This document shows, piece after piece, positions 11,028 to 23,905 of a DNA stretch of 64,000 nucleotides. Both the position numbers and the translations under genes were made by a program. The stretch spans positions 6,138,001-6,202,000 of the forward strand of contig CM120643.1 in assembly GCA_051362555.1 (NCBI GenBank), written 5' to 3'. The stretch is from Lingula anatina. Its lineage: Eukaryota; Animalia; Brachiopoda. The notes under the pieces are model-generated. The model was given only the letters and a program-made list of their open reading frames with translations, was not told the origin of the DNA and ran no database searches. Numbering within the stretch: the stretch's first letter is position 1; every line of letters begins with the position of its first letter.

Positions 11028-13274
11028 ATGGCCACAGTCAGAATTGTTTTAAAAAACAATTTATTGAAAGCAAAAGTGGTGGGCAGGGGAACTGCCCTCG
11101 GGGGATGGGACCCCCAGAAAGGTGTGAACCTGTCAAGGTTCACTGATATGGGGGTCCCATCTCTCAGGTCAGAGTTTCTCCTGCCCAAGGGCTCAAATAT
11201 AGAATGGAAATTCATTAAGCCACAAAATGTAAGTATGAGACTTTTTTTTTTTTTTTTTTTTTTTTTACAAAAATAATGATCTCAGGTAAAAATGATTTTC
11301 TTTAAAATTGAAAAAGAAAATTTAAAGTCTGATACATTTAAGTACTTATTAAAACCTTCATTCCTTTCTTCTAGTGTATTTGATTTATCAGTGATTGTAT
11401 ATATTAGTAAACATTTTATTTTTCAGTTTAGACATTAACATATCTTTAAGTTATTTATTTGTTTGTTTTTTCATTCATTCATTCATTCTTTAAATTTATT
11501 CAGCCTTACCACCCTGGGTGTGGCTGGACATGGGAGCCTGAACCCTTTAGGAACAGGTGCCTCCAGGTGACCACTAAGGACAGCATGGAAGTGACCTGTA
11601 CTTGGGGAGAACTGGACATGGAAATAAAAGGTGCTTGAACTCATAATTCTCGTAACCTTTTAAATCTGTCATGTACAACATTTGGAAATAAAAGATTACT
11701 TGATCTCACTATCCTATAAAAAAAACTGTAGAAAAATGATGAAATGGTCCTTTAATATTGTCAAATACATTAAAGACTTTATTTTAGTGTATATCATAAC
11801 TTGTAAATAATAAATAAATGTGCCATCTTATTCCAGAGTGGGACTACATGTACAAGCCTGAAGTCCACACAAGTGGTAAGTCCACACCATTGCTCTATTC
11901 AATCAACTTGACACATTTTTTATCTTTTAGGAAGGATTCATGAAATAAAATTACAACAACATCTTGACACTCAGGGTGCAAGTCTGGACCCTCAGGGGCT
12001 GTTGGCAATGGATTTGGAGACCTAGCTAATGTGCACTAACTCCATGGAAACTCTCACTGAATACAATCAGATTAACAGACTAACATGCTTCTTTTTGTCT
12101 CCAACATACTCCAACATAACTCACATAAATGGTATTACTTAAAATTCAATTCTGTTCTTTCAGGTGATACCAGAGAAGAGAATAATGTAGCAATTGTTAA
12201 GACCCAAAGCATTGAGGAATTAGGTAAGGCTGGAATCATAGTAAAATAATAACATTCATCATCATCATCATTTAGAGCCTATAGTGTTCCACTGTTGGAC
12301 AAAGGCCTCAGCATGCTTTTTCCATTGTTTCCTATCCTGAGCCTCAGATTTCCAGTTTGGCCAAGGTTTCTTCTTCCAAGACTTCCAGTAGTCATCTAAT
12401 TCATCCCTCCATCGTTTGACTGGCCTTCCTCTTTTTCTTTGTCCAATAATAACATTATGAATTTTAATATACTTGCACACACACATACACTAACAAACAC
12501 ACATACACATGCACATACACACCACAAGCATGTTGCTTATGCAAAGTCTATTTTTTAGCATACTTATGAAGATAATTTATTTATTTTTAAGTTAGTTAAA
12601 TCTTTGAATGTGTCTTCATCAAAGTGTAATGGGCCTACTGGATCCTTTTTGAACATGCACAGATATGGAATGTTAAGTTTGTATTTTTAAATTATAAAAT
12701 ATTATTAAAATATCATTTTTTTCTTTAGCTGATATCAAAGACACAAAGAGTGTGTCAGATGCTGAGGGCAGCGAGGAGAGAGGTAAGACAGTAAGGTCAA
12801 TTTAACAGGTGTTCATTTAACACACTTAAAAAATTTACACACACACAAACAGGCTTTCAGACACAAACAGGGGCAAATTGAGGCTGTCTTCTGGGTCTTC
12901 CGCAAGGTGGTTAGAAGTTTACATTGATGGGGATTTAATTTTTTGTCAGAAGACAGTCCACAATGGAGGATGGATCAACAAGTATAATTTGCAAGACTGT
13001 CAGAAAATCTCTCAAGACCCGCCCCTTACAAACATTGTGTTTTTATTCCCTGTTCAGTGATCTAAATCTTTGAATACATCTTTGAATATGGTATTGAATC
13101 CTTGTTGTGCATGGGCATGGAATGTTGAATTTGTGTTCCATTTTTTCCTTCAGTTGATGTCAAAGACACAACAACTACTGTGACAGAGCTCGTGAAGGAG
13201 AGAGGTAAGATAGAATAGAATAGGTCAATAGAACAGGTATCAATTTATGACACTGATGACATGTGATTGTGCAT

Positions 13275-13316
<42 letters not shown>

Positions 13317-14509
13317 AAAGGCACTGTACTTGCATGCACAAGCAAAGTCTGGCCTTTGACATATTTAAGAAGATACTTTATCTTCTGAAAATTAATGTTT
13401 TTGTTGTGTAAAGATTGAACACACATAATGTTGATCTGAAAATTCAATTTAATTCTGTTCTTTCAGTTGATACCAAACTGAAAGACAAGTACAATGTAAC
13501 ACCTGTAAACCCACTAAGTATGGAGGAGATAGGTAAGAGAGGAATCTCAGTAAAATAGTTATATGACTTATAATATACTGTACTTATGAAACATGCATGC
13601 ACACACACACATACACTTACAAACACACATGCACACACACACACACACACCACAAGCATGTTGCTCAAGCAAAGTCTTTAGCATAATTAAGAAGATAATT
13701 TATTTTTAGTCATTTAAATATTTGACTATGTCTTCCATAAATTGTAATACTGAATCCTATTTGAACATGCACAGATATGGAATGTTAAGTTTTTATTCGA
13801 TATCATTTTTCCTTTAGCCAATATCAAAGACTCAGAGATTGTGTCAGATGCTGAGGGCATCAAAGAAAAAGGTAAGACAATAAGCTTAGGACAATCTAAC
13901 GGGGAATTAATTTAACACACTTAAAAATGTAAACACACACAGATGGACTTTAGGGAGGAGACTCTCACACACAAACACTCAATGCAAATTCACTGTTCAG
14001 TGATCTATGTCTTTGAATGGGTCTTTGACTATGTTAAATAATGTATTGAATTCTTGTTGTGCACAGGTATGAAATGTTTAATTTGTTTTCCTGTCTTTCT
14101 TCAGTCAGTATCAATGACGCAACAACTATGAAAGCAGACGTGAAGGAGAGAGGTAAGACAGTAGGGTCAATAGAATAGTAGGGTCAATATTTATTACACT
14201 GATGGAATGTGATTGTGCATGTACACACACGCACACACACACACACTCCTTATGTTGTGCCAACACGGTTTGTGCTTTTGGCAAGTTTAAAATAACATTG
14301 GCAAAATTGTTTATTCCAAATACTGTTAAAAGTGTTTCGTTGAGGCTTCATACATGAAATATGATGTTGCACTGATTTATTGAACATTTTATACTTTTGC
14401 CTCTTAGTAAGTATTATACATTTCAGCTCCAAAGAATCGCCGCCAATCTAGGTGGAGGAGGGTATTGAATTTGTTCACGTCTTGCTTCAGACGGAGTGCA
14501 CGAACATAA
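11028..14509 (+). CDS. CBM20 (starch/glycogen-binding domain) protein with micro-exon-encoded acidic repeat tail, ~260 aa
   Basis: Exons 11028-11228, 11504-11630, 11837-11875, 12164-12223, 12729-12782, 13154-13204, 13467-13532, 13818-13871, 14105-14152 and 14427-14509. All are AG/GT bounded and phase-compatible, totalling 783 nt with no stops. The N-terminus has CBM20 motifs VVGRGTALGGWDPQKGVNL...LPKGSNIEWKF...WTWEPEPFRNRCLQV...CTWG. AATAAA signals lie at ~14933 and ~14956. Confidence 0.85.
12257..12444 (-). mobile_element. 5'-truncated RTE-clade LINE 3' end
   Basis: Encodes GQRKRGRPVKRWRDEL...WKSEAQDRKQWKKHAEAFVQQW (RTE ORF C-terminus) followed by a (TGA)n tail. It has a 12-bp TSD AATAATAACATT at 12245-12256 and 12445-12456. 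Confidence 0.88.
12869..13027 (-). mobile_element. hAT-like MITE (CAGGGGCGGA-type ends), ~160 bp
   Basis: Reverse-complement match to 15529-15686 and 19365-19535. Ends AGGGGC...GCCCCT, with near-duplicated flanks (ACAAAC). Confidence 0.65.
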
Positions 14510-15528
14510 TTGGTTATTATTATTATTATTATTATTAATTAAATAATTCTAAACACTTCAGACATTAAGAAATGAAGAAAAGTCAACAGTATTTTTTAAA
14601 GGATAGATTTATTATACATTTGCAATTTAGTTCTTTTCGTTTGTCTCTTTGTTTTGATGGTTTCATAACTAAGTAAGCTTTCATTTTTTTTAGAGGAAAA
14701 CTATGTCAAACAGATGGTTAAACTGTACATGAAAGCAGTAATTATATCATAGTAAGAGCTGGTGGTTGTAAAGTTACTGTCAACATCTATTTACACCTAA
14801 CTGAATACACATTTTAACTTAATTATATTTTAATATTTTCTTGTTTTATTTTCCAGGGTTGTCAGTGCAGAACTATCATTACCTTTGTAGAAGCCAGTTT
14901 AAAACTGCAAAATGTCATTCTCTTAATTTTACAATAAAATATTAAATTTTTGTAAATAAATGAGTTTTGTTTTTCTTTTCTTAATTGAGGGTACCTTAGG
15001 GGAGAGGTGATCACGGTTCATGGGAAATAAAATCATTAATGTACAAATCACAATAAATGAAACTTTATTTGTATCTCACTGACAATGCTAGTTGAAAATC
15101 CTGAAAATTACAAATTATCAGGTATAAGGCTTTGTTTCAGGAAGGGCAAAGAATAAAAAGCTGCATTTATGAGCCACGGGAATGAGGTGCTTCACGGATC
15201 ACGTTATATAATATGGACATTTTACGCATCTCAGGGAAATAAAAACTGACTGTAACTGGTAACAAGATACACAATGGGACTCTTTTAATCTTTTATTAAA
15301 CCAAAGAAATAAACTATACATGACACAAACTTTTCACTACATTCAAATATATACATAAACACTCACACAAATGTACCCTACCATACGGCTCAATTACTGA
15401 TACTTACGGTTTTATATTTTAGTATGTTCAAGTTTAAATACAATAGATATATAGTTCAAACTCCTAGGAATGTACATGAAAAGTAAACTAACTTTTGACA
15501 AAAACTGTGTTTTTTTAGATCACTTGCC

Positions 15529-15686
15529 AGGGGCAGATCCAGAGATATTTTCTGACAGTCTTCCAAATTATCTTTGTTGATCCATCCTCCATTTTTGACC
15601 GTCTTCCGACAGAAAAAATTAGATGCCCATCAATGATATCTTAAAAATTTGACCATCTTCCAGAAGACGGCCTAAATCCAACCCTG
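15529..15686 (+). mobile_element. hAT-like MITE, same family as 12869 and 19365
   Basis: CAGGGGCAGATCCAGAGATATTTTCTGACAGT...GAAGACGGCCTAAATCCAACCCTG. Confidence 0.65.
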
Positions 15687-16639
15687 CTTGCAACTTTTAC
15701 AGATAAGGAGTCTGTTTTAACTGTTATATGTAATATTGAGAGAATCTGGAAGCTACATTGGTGACAGTGGAGGAACAGGAAAAAACTTCTCATTGTTATT
15801 AACACCACCAGTAAAATAATTTGATGAGATCTCCCCAAACTGGATATCTTGAAAGACAAAATGGAGAAAACAACAAAATGAATTATGGGGATCCCACCCA
15901 TCCAGCAAGTTCTCTTTTTGTATTCCTACCCAGCAATAGTAGACTGTTGACTCTTAATTTATTTAAGGACAGTTGATGGTTTTAAAGTAGTTTTTGACTC
16001 TCTGCAGTATTTAATTTCCACTTTTAGGCCTAGTTCATAATTTTTTTATTGTCCAGTGTTTTATTCTAGTTTTATCTCTCAAAGGGTAACAATTGCCGAT
16101 ATTTATTTTTAAATAATTTTTATTGGCTGAATAAATTCTTACTTTATCTTACCTTACTTGTACTATTGCTATAGCCATGTTACATGTATTATTATTTAAA
16201 AAAAACATTGCAAATAGCGGCAACAAGTTCTTTTTGTAAGACAGTCCCTTTCTTGCCATCTTTCAAAATGATTAAAGGATGTAAAATATTTCACAGGCTG
16301 CTCTTCCCCGTTGCCAACACTCTCAATATTCAGGTATATCATTTGAAATCAAGTGTTTTATTGTATAAAATATAACATGTATAAAGCCAAAAACTTCATC
16401 CAATAATCTAGCTTTGTTTAATACTGTGCATGAACCCAAAATTATGCTATAGTATAATCAAATAAAAATATCAAGACTTCTTGAACAAGAATGATCACAT
16501 TAGAAATCTACCCCCCCCCCCCCTCGTCATCCTGCCCCCTTTGTACTGATACCATTACAAACAAGCCACCTTCCAAACTCAGCGTGGGTTGGAGTGTGAA
16601 GTAGGTCAAAAGCTCGGATATGCCATGTAAGGGTTCTTA

Positions 16640-17103
16640 GGGGAGATAGGTGATGTCCTTTTGCGTTTTTTTTATTCTGCCAAATTTGAGAAAAATATTA
16701 GTATCTTTCATGCCACTTAGTCAGTATAAATTCAAATAAGTAAAGTTTCTTTCCTTTATCACGTAATTCGTCAGATGAAGTTAAATACAACAATGCCTAG
16801 AAAACCTTTACCCCCTCTTGTGAATGCAATGTGACGTCTGCAGAGCTCGGCGTCTGCCACCACGCTGGATGATTCTCGCTTCCCGGGAGCTGAACAGTTA
16901 ACGCGGTCTGAAAAAATTTAGGGAGAGTCAGATGAAATAGAGAGGGACCGTTGCATCTACAATGTTTTACATAGTGAGACTGGAGTTGTGGGCTAATTTT
17001 ACTTTTTTCTTTAAAAATTGCAATATACTCTACCTTTCAGTAACTCTATGATGCCAAAATATTTTTCGGGCATCTTGATACATTTTCCCCTTCTGTCTCC
17101 CCC
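16640..17103. mobile_element. Possible TTAA-specific MITE with GGGGAGA termini
   Basis: TTA|GGGGAGATAG at the left end and CTGTCTCCCCC|TTAA at the right end. Confidence 0.4.
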
Positions 17104-18439
17104 TTAAATGGTCCACACTAAAAAATCAATAATCGTATGGCAATTTTATACAGGCAATTGACCTACTTTTATACCCATACCGCTATACAGCTATCGACGA
17201 GTTTTATGGCTGTGGAGTGAAAACGTGATACACGTCTGTGACATAAAATTTATTTCTAATTACATTATTTACAAACTGTGCGTGTGGATCAAAAGCGTTC
17301 CGATTTTTGAGCAAAAGGGTAAAATTACTTTTTGAAAACAATAAAAAAATTGGAAATAGGTCAAAATCAGAAAAAAAATGCATTTTTTCTCTTATATGCA
17401 AATTAGGTCCCCTGAAGTAATATATGACTTGCCGGAAGTGATGTTCACATCAGAGATTTGTAATAGTGATGATCGTGATTATCTTGATGGTCTTGATGAT
17501 CTTAATGGTGATTAAAAAAATATTATCAAAGTTGTCGTCTGGAGAGAAAGAAATTTTCTGAAATAACAATCATTCCACGAGCGAAGAATATATATTGCAC
17601 CTGCCTCGGAGATGCGCTGCAGACGTCACGGCTTTTGGGTGAAATTCGCACGCGATAAAATTATTATTACGATATATAGTCTAGGTAAAAAAAAAAAAAA
17701 ACTGCGTATCTAATGTTTCCAAGTGAGTGAGAATGGATATCGGCAAACCATTACATTTTGAATGCATTTCTATTTATTTTCTATTTATTGTGTTCGACAA
17801 GGGTGAATTTAATTGGGATATTTTTTGTCTCTCTCTTGCTCTTAGAAATATTTCAAATTATAAATTGATAAGCATCAAATAACGTGCTTCTTAATTACGT
17901 TCTTGATGCACAAATAAATTACGCTCGAACTGAATACCGCCTTGACTTGTGTCAGAATTACCTTTTTATAAAACAATAAATCTTCTCTTACTCTTTAAAT
18001 GCGAAAAATAGACCTGCATTTCGGTTGTAAATAAAGTCAACATATGTCAAGTTGGAAGCATTTGTTTATTTAGCTTATTTTGAGAAGTGGATAACATTTT
18101 CTATATCGCATTTAGTGAAAATAAAACTCAAAGATCTCTATTTCCTTCCCTGCACCACATATTTCTAATTTTAAAATAAAACAAGAAAAGTTAAAAAATG
18201 GAGTAAACTTTGAGTTTTTTTTCTATAAACATCGCAAATGGCACCTATATGTAATACCCGTAAAAAATCAGAATTGTGAAAAGTCACTGTCTTATTTGAT
18301 GTAAATCTTTTCATGTCGATAGCCGAATGTAAATAAACATTACGTTAATTCTAAGTCACCGCTATAATCATATCTACTTCGAAAATACCCTTCTCATGTG
18401 GAGAGAGGTGTGACCCTTATTTGGTTACATGCCTATACA

Positions 18440-18674
18440 TGTACGTCCCCGCACCGATATTCCCCCGCACCGGTACATCCCCGCACCGATACTCCCCCCA
18501 CAATTACAGATATACTGAGGGGGAGTATCGGTGCGGGGGAGTGTCGGTGCGGGGATGTACCATTGCGGGGATCTATCGGTGTGGGGTCGTATCGATGCGC
18601 AAAATACAAAAAATTACTAAGGGGGATTATCGGTGAGGGGGAGCATCGGTGCGGGGGAGTATCGACATGACCCC
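18440..18674. repeat. Foldback-like element made of inverted arrays of an ~18-bp unit
   Basis: Three CCCCGCACCG(A/G)TA units are followed by about five reverse-complement TATCGGTGCGGGG units. Confidence 0.75.
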
Positions 18675-18867
18675 TTTCAAGGGTATAGTCAAAATCGAAT
18701 TCTCAAAGTCATGGACAAAATTACGATTGTGACTGACGTTTATTTATTTGCAAATTAAGCCGGTGACAGGAATGGTAGTCGTAGGAATGTTAGTCCGGGA
18801 TCCCATATGATAAGTAGCCTACAGATTTGGGTTAGTCGGCGTTAGTTGGGGTTAGTACATGTGACGC

Positions 18868-19077
18868 GGGGCAGATCCAGGATTATTTGAAGGTGGGAAG
18901 CCGACTCCCCCCCCCCTTTGGCGTGGGTTCAGGGGCATGCTGAAGGGCCCTGAAAAAAATTGGTATTTTAGAGGGCGAACAGTGCCATTTGGTTGGGTTT
19001 AGAATTATGATTCAGCTAATCAAAATTCTAATTTCAGGACCCCCCCCCCCCCCCCCCCCCCACTAAATCTGCCACTG
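18868..19077 (+). mobile_element. hAT-like MITE (related copies at ~28995 and ~32225)
   Basis: GGGGCAGATCCAGGATTATTTGAAG...AAATCTGCCACTG. The interior matches 28995-29180 (CCCTTTGGCGTGGGTTC, ATTATGATTCAGCTA.TCAAAATTCTAATTTCAGG). Confidence 0.65.
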
Positions 19078-19364
19078 CACAGGATAGCTAGAGGATATCT
19101 ATGGTTTGTGTTTTTTTTTTTTTTGTATTTGTTTCATTTAAATTATCTATTCATTAGAGTATCGTGTCTTTCTTTTTTGATAATAGCTAGTGGCATGAAA
19201 AGTAAAAAAAAACAAGGCAGCAAAGCTGTCAAATGTACAGACAAAAAACAGAAAATAAAGATGCAAAATAGGTCATTTTGTCAATTTTGATGCAATAATA
19301 AATAATGCTGTCAGTCAGTCAGCACTGAATTCTAATCATGCACAACAGGTACCATGGTCAATAA

Positions 19365-19535
19365 CAGGAGCGAACCCAGAGATATTTTCTGACAGTATTC
19401 CAAAGTATCTATGTTGATCCATCCCCCATTTTTATGGTCTTCCAACAGAAAAAAAAAAATAGATACCAGTCAATATAAACTTAATAATCTGACCGTCTTC
19501 CGGAAGACCCAGAAGATGGTCTCAATCCACCCCTT
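19365..19535 (+). mobile_element. hAT-like MITE nested in Helentron copy 1
   Basis: Flanked by duplicated TCAATAA. The homologous empty site GGTCAATAAGATTA is present in Helentron copy 4 (~45052). Confidence 0.75.
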
Positions 19536-19763
19536 CAATAAGATTACAGTTTAAGGACCATGAGAGTTCAAATTCACATGATGAAAGTCTCAATTTTTGA
19601 AAAATGATGACAGTGCATAAAATAATATTACATAATGTTTAAAGACATAAAAAACAATACAACTGCTTATGTGGAAATACAGAAAATGTGCAGAGCCTCA
19701 GGCGGGTGAGAGTTAAAAGTCACAAATGTCAGTGTTTGAAAATTAAAAAGGAAAACATAACAA

Positions 19764-19992
19764 AACAAGAAAAGCACTCTGAGAGCGCAGACCTCTGCCT
19801 AGACAGCAATTGTTGATTATTATTGCTTATTGATTGATTATTGATCTGGACCACCAACACCAATAACTAATCATTGTCCTCCTTGCCCACTTCCGACAGT
19901 TCCTGAAAATTTCATAAAAATCCATCCGTAACTTTTTGAGTTATCTTGATGACAGACAGGGGTGAAAACATAACCTCCTTGGCAGAGGTAAA
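19764..19992 (-). mobile_element. Short HINE (family C) nested in Helentron copy 1
   Basis: ACAAGAAAAGCACTCTGAGAGCGCAGACCTCTGCC...GACAGACAGGGGTGAAAACATAACCTCCTTGGCAGAGGTAA shows hairpin, subTIRs and a (GACA) microsatellite. A related copy lies at 48415-48750. Confidence 0.75.
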
Positions 19993-22490
19993 TATAATTC
20001 CAATGAAGCTGCTATTCAAACCTTTAATCTTCGAGTTTATATATATATAAAAATTAAATTTTCACAAAAAACTGTTTAATTGCCAGAAAAATTTACCAAA
20101 CAGACTGCATTGCCTACTGAAGCTATATTTTAGTCCCATTTCTTTCCTGTAAGTTTGAGAACAGTGAGTGACATGATTTTCCTTAAATGGTCATCATGGG
20201 AGCAGTGCCCAAAATAGGGGTTTCTTCAAATTTTGATGCAATATTACATAATGTTTAACAGCATAATGACCATCAATTATTAATAATAAAATATTAGTAT
20301 CATGGATATTCAGAAAATGTGACTAGCAAAGGTCTTCAGGCCCATGGAACTTCAAAGTCACATCTTGAAAATGCCAAAATGTAAACAAGACAGAACTTTT
20401 CTGAAATGGGTTTATTTCCATTTTTAACACTTTTTTAACATAAAACAAAATTAACAGTTTACTGCCATTTTTATATGACCAACTAAGAAAATTGATGAGA
20501 TGGGAAAAATATCAATAGAACAGTGTTAAATGTCCAATTTCCTCCATTCTGAGATTCTGAACATAGTGGATGATTGAATCTGACAAACTGCAATGATATG
20601 TGTTTATTTCCATTTTTGACACTTCATTACACAATACACGATACCATATTTACCATCATTTTTACATAATCAACTGACAATGTTGTAAAGATGCAGGAAA
20701 TGTCATACAAACACTTTTACGTATCTTATTAGTTCAATAATGAGACTATTAACATACCTAAGAATTGAATCTGAGGAAACGTGAAAAAAAAGCATAACTT
20801 CTAAAATAATGGCCCGATTATGCTGATTTTCATACTCAAGCTATGTTTTAGTAAGATTGACCACTCCTGTGAGCACAATGACAATTGGCCTATCTGTTTT
20901 TCTTATATTGTGTTATCAGTGTTGCATATATGCTGAAAAAAATGAAAAAAACAGCATAACTTCCATAAAAGTGGCTCTATCATGCTGATTTTTTAACTTG
21001 ACCTGCGTATTATAAATACTCATCAGTTCTGTAAGTTTCAAACCAAAAAGTAAAACCGTTTTCCACTTATCGTGTTTACGGTGTTGCATATATGCTGAAA
21101 AAAGTGAAAAAAAAAAGCATAACTTCCCTAAAAATGACCCGATCATGCTCATTTTCAAACTTGACCGGTGTATTATGAATATTCATCAGTTCTGTAATTT
21201 TCAAGCCAAAAGGTAAAACGGTTTTCCACTTATCGTGTTTACAGTGTTGCATATATGCTGAAAAAAGTGAAAAAAAAAGCATAACTTCCCTAAAAATGAC
21301 CCAATCATGCTGATTTTCGAACTTGACCTGCGTATTATAGATATTCATCAGTTCTGTAAGTTTCAAACCAAAAGGTAAAACTGTTTTCCACTTATCGTGT
21401 TTACGGTGTTGCATATATGCTGAAAAAAGTGAAAAAAAAGCATAACTTCCCTACAAATAGCCCGATCATGCTCATTTTCGAACTTGACCAGCGTTTTATA
21501 AATATTCATCAGTTCTGTAACTTTCAAGCCAAAAGGTAAAACGGTTTTTCACTTATCTTGTTTACGGTTAAAGTGCACGCCAAAGGCGACGGCGACGGCG
21601 ACGGCCCCAGCTACAGCGACGGCGATGACAGACGCAGATGACGGCTATATGTACAGACACATCTGTGTCTGTACATAAACGTGTATCCAGTACAGCTAGT
21701 TGAAAGAGCTTCATGTCAGATCTTTGAAAATGGCTTTACCAGTACTTCATAGAAAATGGCTTTTGTTAATAATATATGACATTTCAAAAAATGTATATAT
21801 GAGTTACCATTGAGAAAGGAAAATGTTGCAGATTATTGTTACTATAGTCAGATGAAGATATGACTTTTGATTTCCAGTTAATGTGAACAGTGATCTTGGT
21901 CACTGATGTTAACATGTTTATGACGTAATTTTTTTCTAATTGAAATGCAATTTAAAAGTATTGTAAAGGACTAGAAATTGTATTGTTGTAATAAAAAATG
22001 CAGATACCTTACAGAGGGCAACAGATGGGAATAGATTTTGATTATACTGTATGAAATAAAAAATCTGATGAAGAGGTGTTAGGATAGGACTTTTTTTTTA
22101 ACGAATGTTTAAGTTGATGGTTGATACTGAGTATAACATAATCAGGTATAAAGTATAGAATATATTTCAGTCTGTTTATTAAATTGTTCAACCAACTGGG
22201 TTTTTTCTAGGATTTCCATAGCTTGACTACTTTTTTAAAACGAAAGATTGGTTTTATTCAAATTCGAAATAAACTTAAACAAGCATAATTTGTCATGATT
22301 ATCCATGAAACTTTTGTCTTCTTTTGCAAACTTGTATTCTAATATCTAAAAACATGAGGGTCAGTAAAAGAAAAAGAAAATTCAGAAAATACTCACAAGG
22401 CAGATTTTATTATCACAAATCATTGAAGCTATTTTTAAAAAATGTCTATTTGAAAGTGAATGAGATCATAAATGGCAGTATTTATTAATA

Positions 22491-23623
22491 AAACAAGGCA
22501 GCAAAGCTGTCAAATGTACAGACAAAATAACAGAAAAAAGGATGCAAAAGAGGTCATTTTGCCAATTTTGATGCAATAATAAACAAGACCGTGGAACTTC
22601 AAAGTCACACTTTGAAAATGCCAATATGTGAAACCGTTTAACTGGCAGTAAGAATTACCAAACAGACTGCATTGCCTACTGAAGCTGTATTTTAGTCCCA
22701 TGTTTCTTTCCTGTAAGTTTGAGAACAGTAAGTGACATGGTTTTTCTTAAATGGTCATCATGGGAGCAGTGCCCAAAATAGTTTTTTTTTTTTTTAATTT
22801 TGATGCAATATTACATAATGTTTAACAGCATAATGACCATCAATTTTAATAATAAAATATTAGTATCATGGATATTCAGAAAATGTGACTAGCCAAGGTC
22901 TTCAGGCCCATGGAACCTCTAAGTCACAACTTGAAAATGCCAAAATGTAAACAAGACAGCACTGTTCTGAAATGTTTTTTTTTTCATTTTTAACAATTTT
23001 TAACATAAAACAAAATTAACAGTTTACTGCCATTTTTATATGATCAACTAAGAAAATTGATGAGATGGGAAAAATATCAATAAAGCAGTGTTAAATGTCC
23101 AATTTCTTCCATTCTGAGATTCTGAACATAGTGGATGATTGAATCTGACAAACTGCAATGATATGAGTTTATTTCCATTTTTGACACTTTATTACACAAT
23201 ACACGATAACAAGTTTACCATCATTTTTACAAAATCAACTAACAATGTTGTAAAGATGCAGGAAATGTCAAACAAAAACTTTTATGTATCTTATTAGTTT
23301 AATAATGAGACTGTTAACATGCCTAAGAATTGAATCTGAGGAAATGTGAAAAATATGCTGAAAAGTGAAAAAACAGCATAACTTCTACAATAATGGCCCG
23401 ATCATGCTGATTTTCGAACTTGACCTGCGTTTTATGAATATTCATCAGCTCTGTAAATATAAAGCCAAAAAGTAAAACTGCCTTCCACTTATCGTGTTTA
23501 CAAGGAAAGTGCACGGCGACGGCATCGGCATCGGCATCGCCATCGGCATCGGCATCGGCATCGGCGACGACAGACGCAGGTGATGGCAATATGTACAGAC
23601 ACATCTGTGTCTGTACATAAAAA
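22491..23623 (-). mobile_element. Non-autonomous Helentron family A, copy 2
   Basis: Same termini as copy 1 (AAACAAGGCAGCAAAGCTGTCAAATGTACAGAC ... ATGTACAGACACATCTGTGTCTGTACATAAAAA), with a (GGCATC)n microsatellite. ORF 23323..23604 (ADADAD) is its translation. Confidence 0.85.
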
Positions 23624-23905
23624 GGAGATTCTGATCACATTATTTGCACTGTTGCAATGTATTAAATAGTAAGGCAGTATGTTTGTCTATAAAAACACTT
23701 CTAATCCATAAAAAATTTAAAAGGACAAAGTTCAATACAAAATATTTTCATGATTTTTAATATTTTTCTTTAAATCATAAACATGGCATAGTTTTGCAAA
23801 GGGGATATGAGACCTCCATGAGTCTGTTTGATAAAAGTTCTTGCACTATTTCTGGAATTATATCACTTAGTAAAAGGTTCCACTGGCAAAAGAGCACTGA
23901 GTTTT

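Larger units (their letters stand above)
19211..21679 (-). mobile_element. Non-autonomous Helentron family A, copy 1, with nested insertions and ~162-bp internal tandem repeats
   Basis: On the - strand the 5' end is TTTATGTACAGACACA-GA-TGTGTCTGTACAT (subTIR plus inverted copy) followed by a (GTCGCC)n microsatellite. The 3' end is TGTCTGTACATTT-GACAGCTTTGCTGCC-TTGTT (subTIR plus hairpin). ~162-bp units start at ~20917, 21079, 21242 and 21404. Confidence 0.85.
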
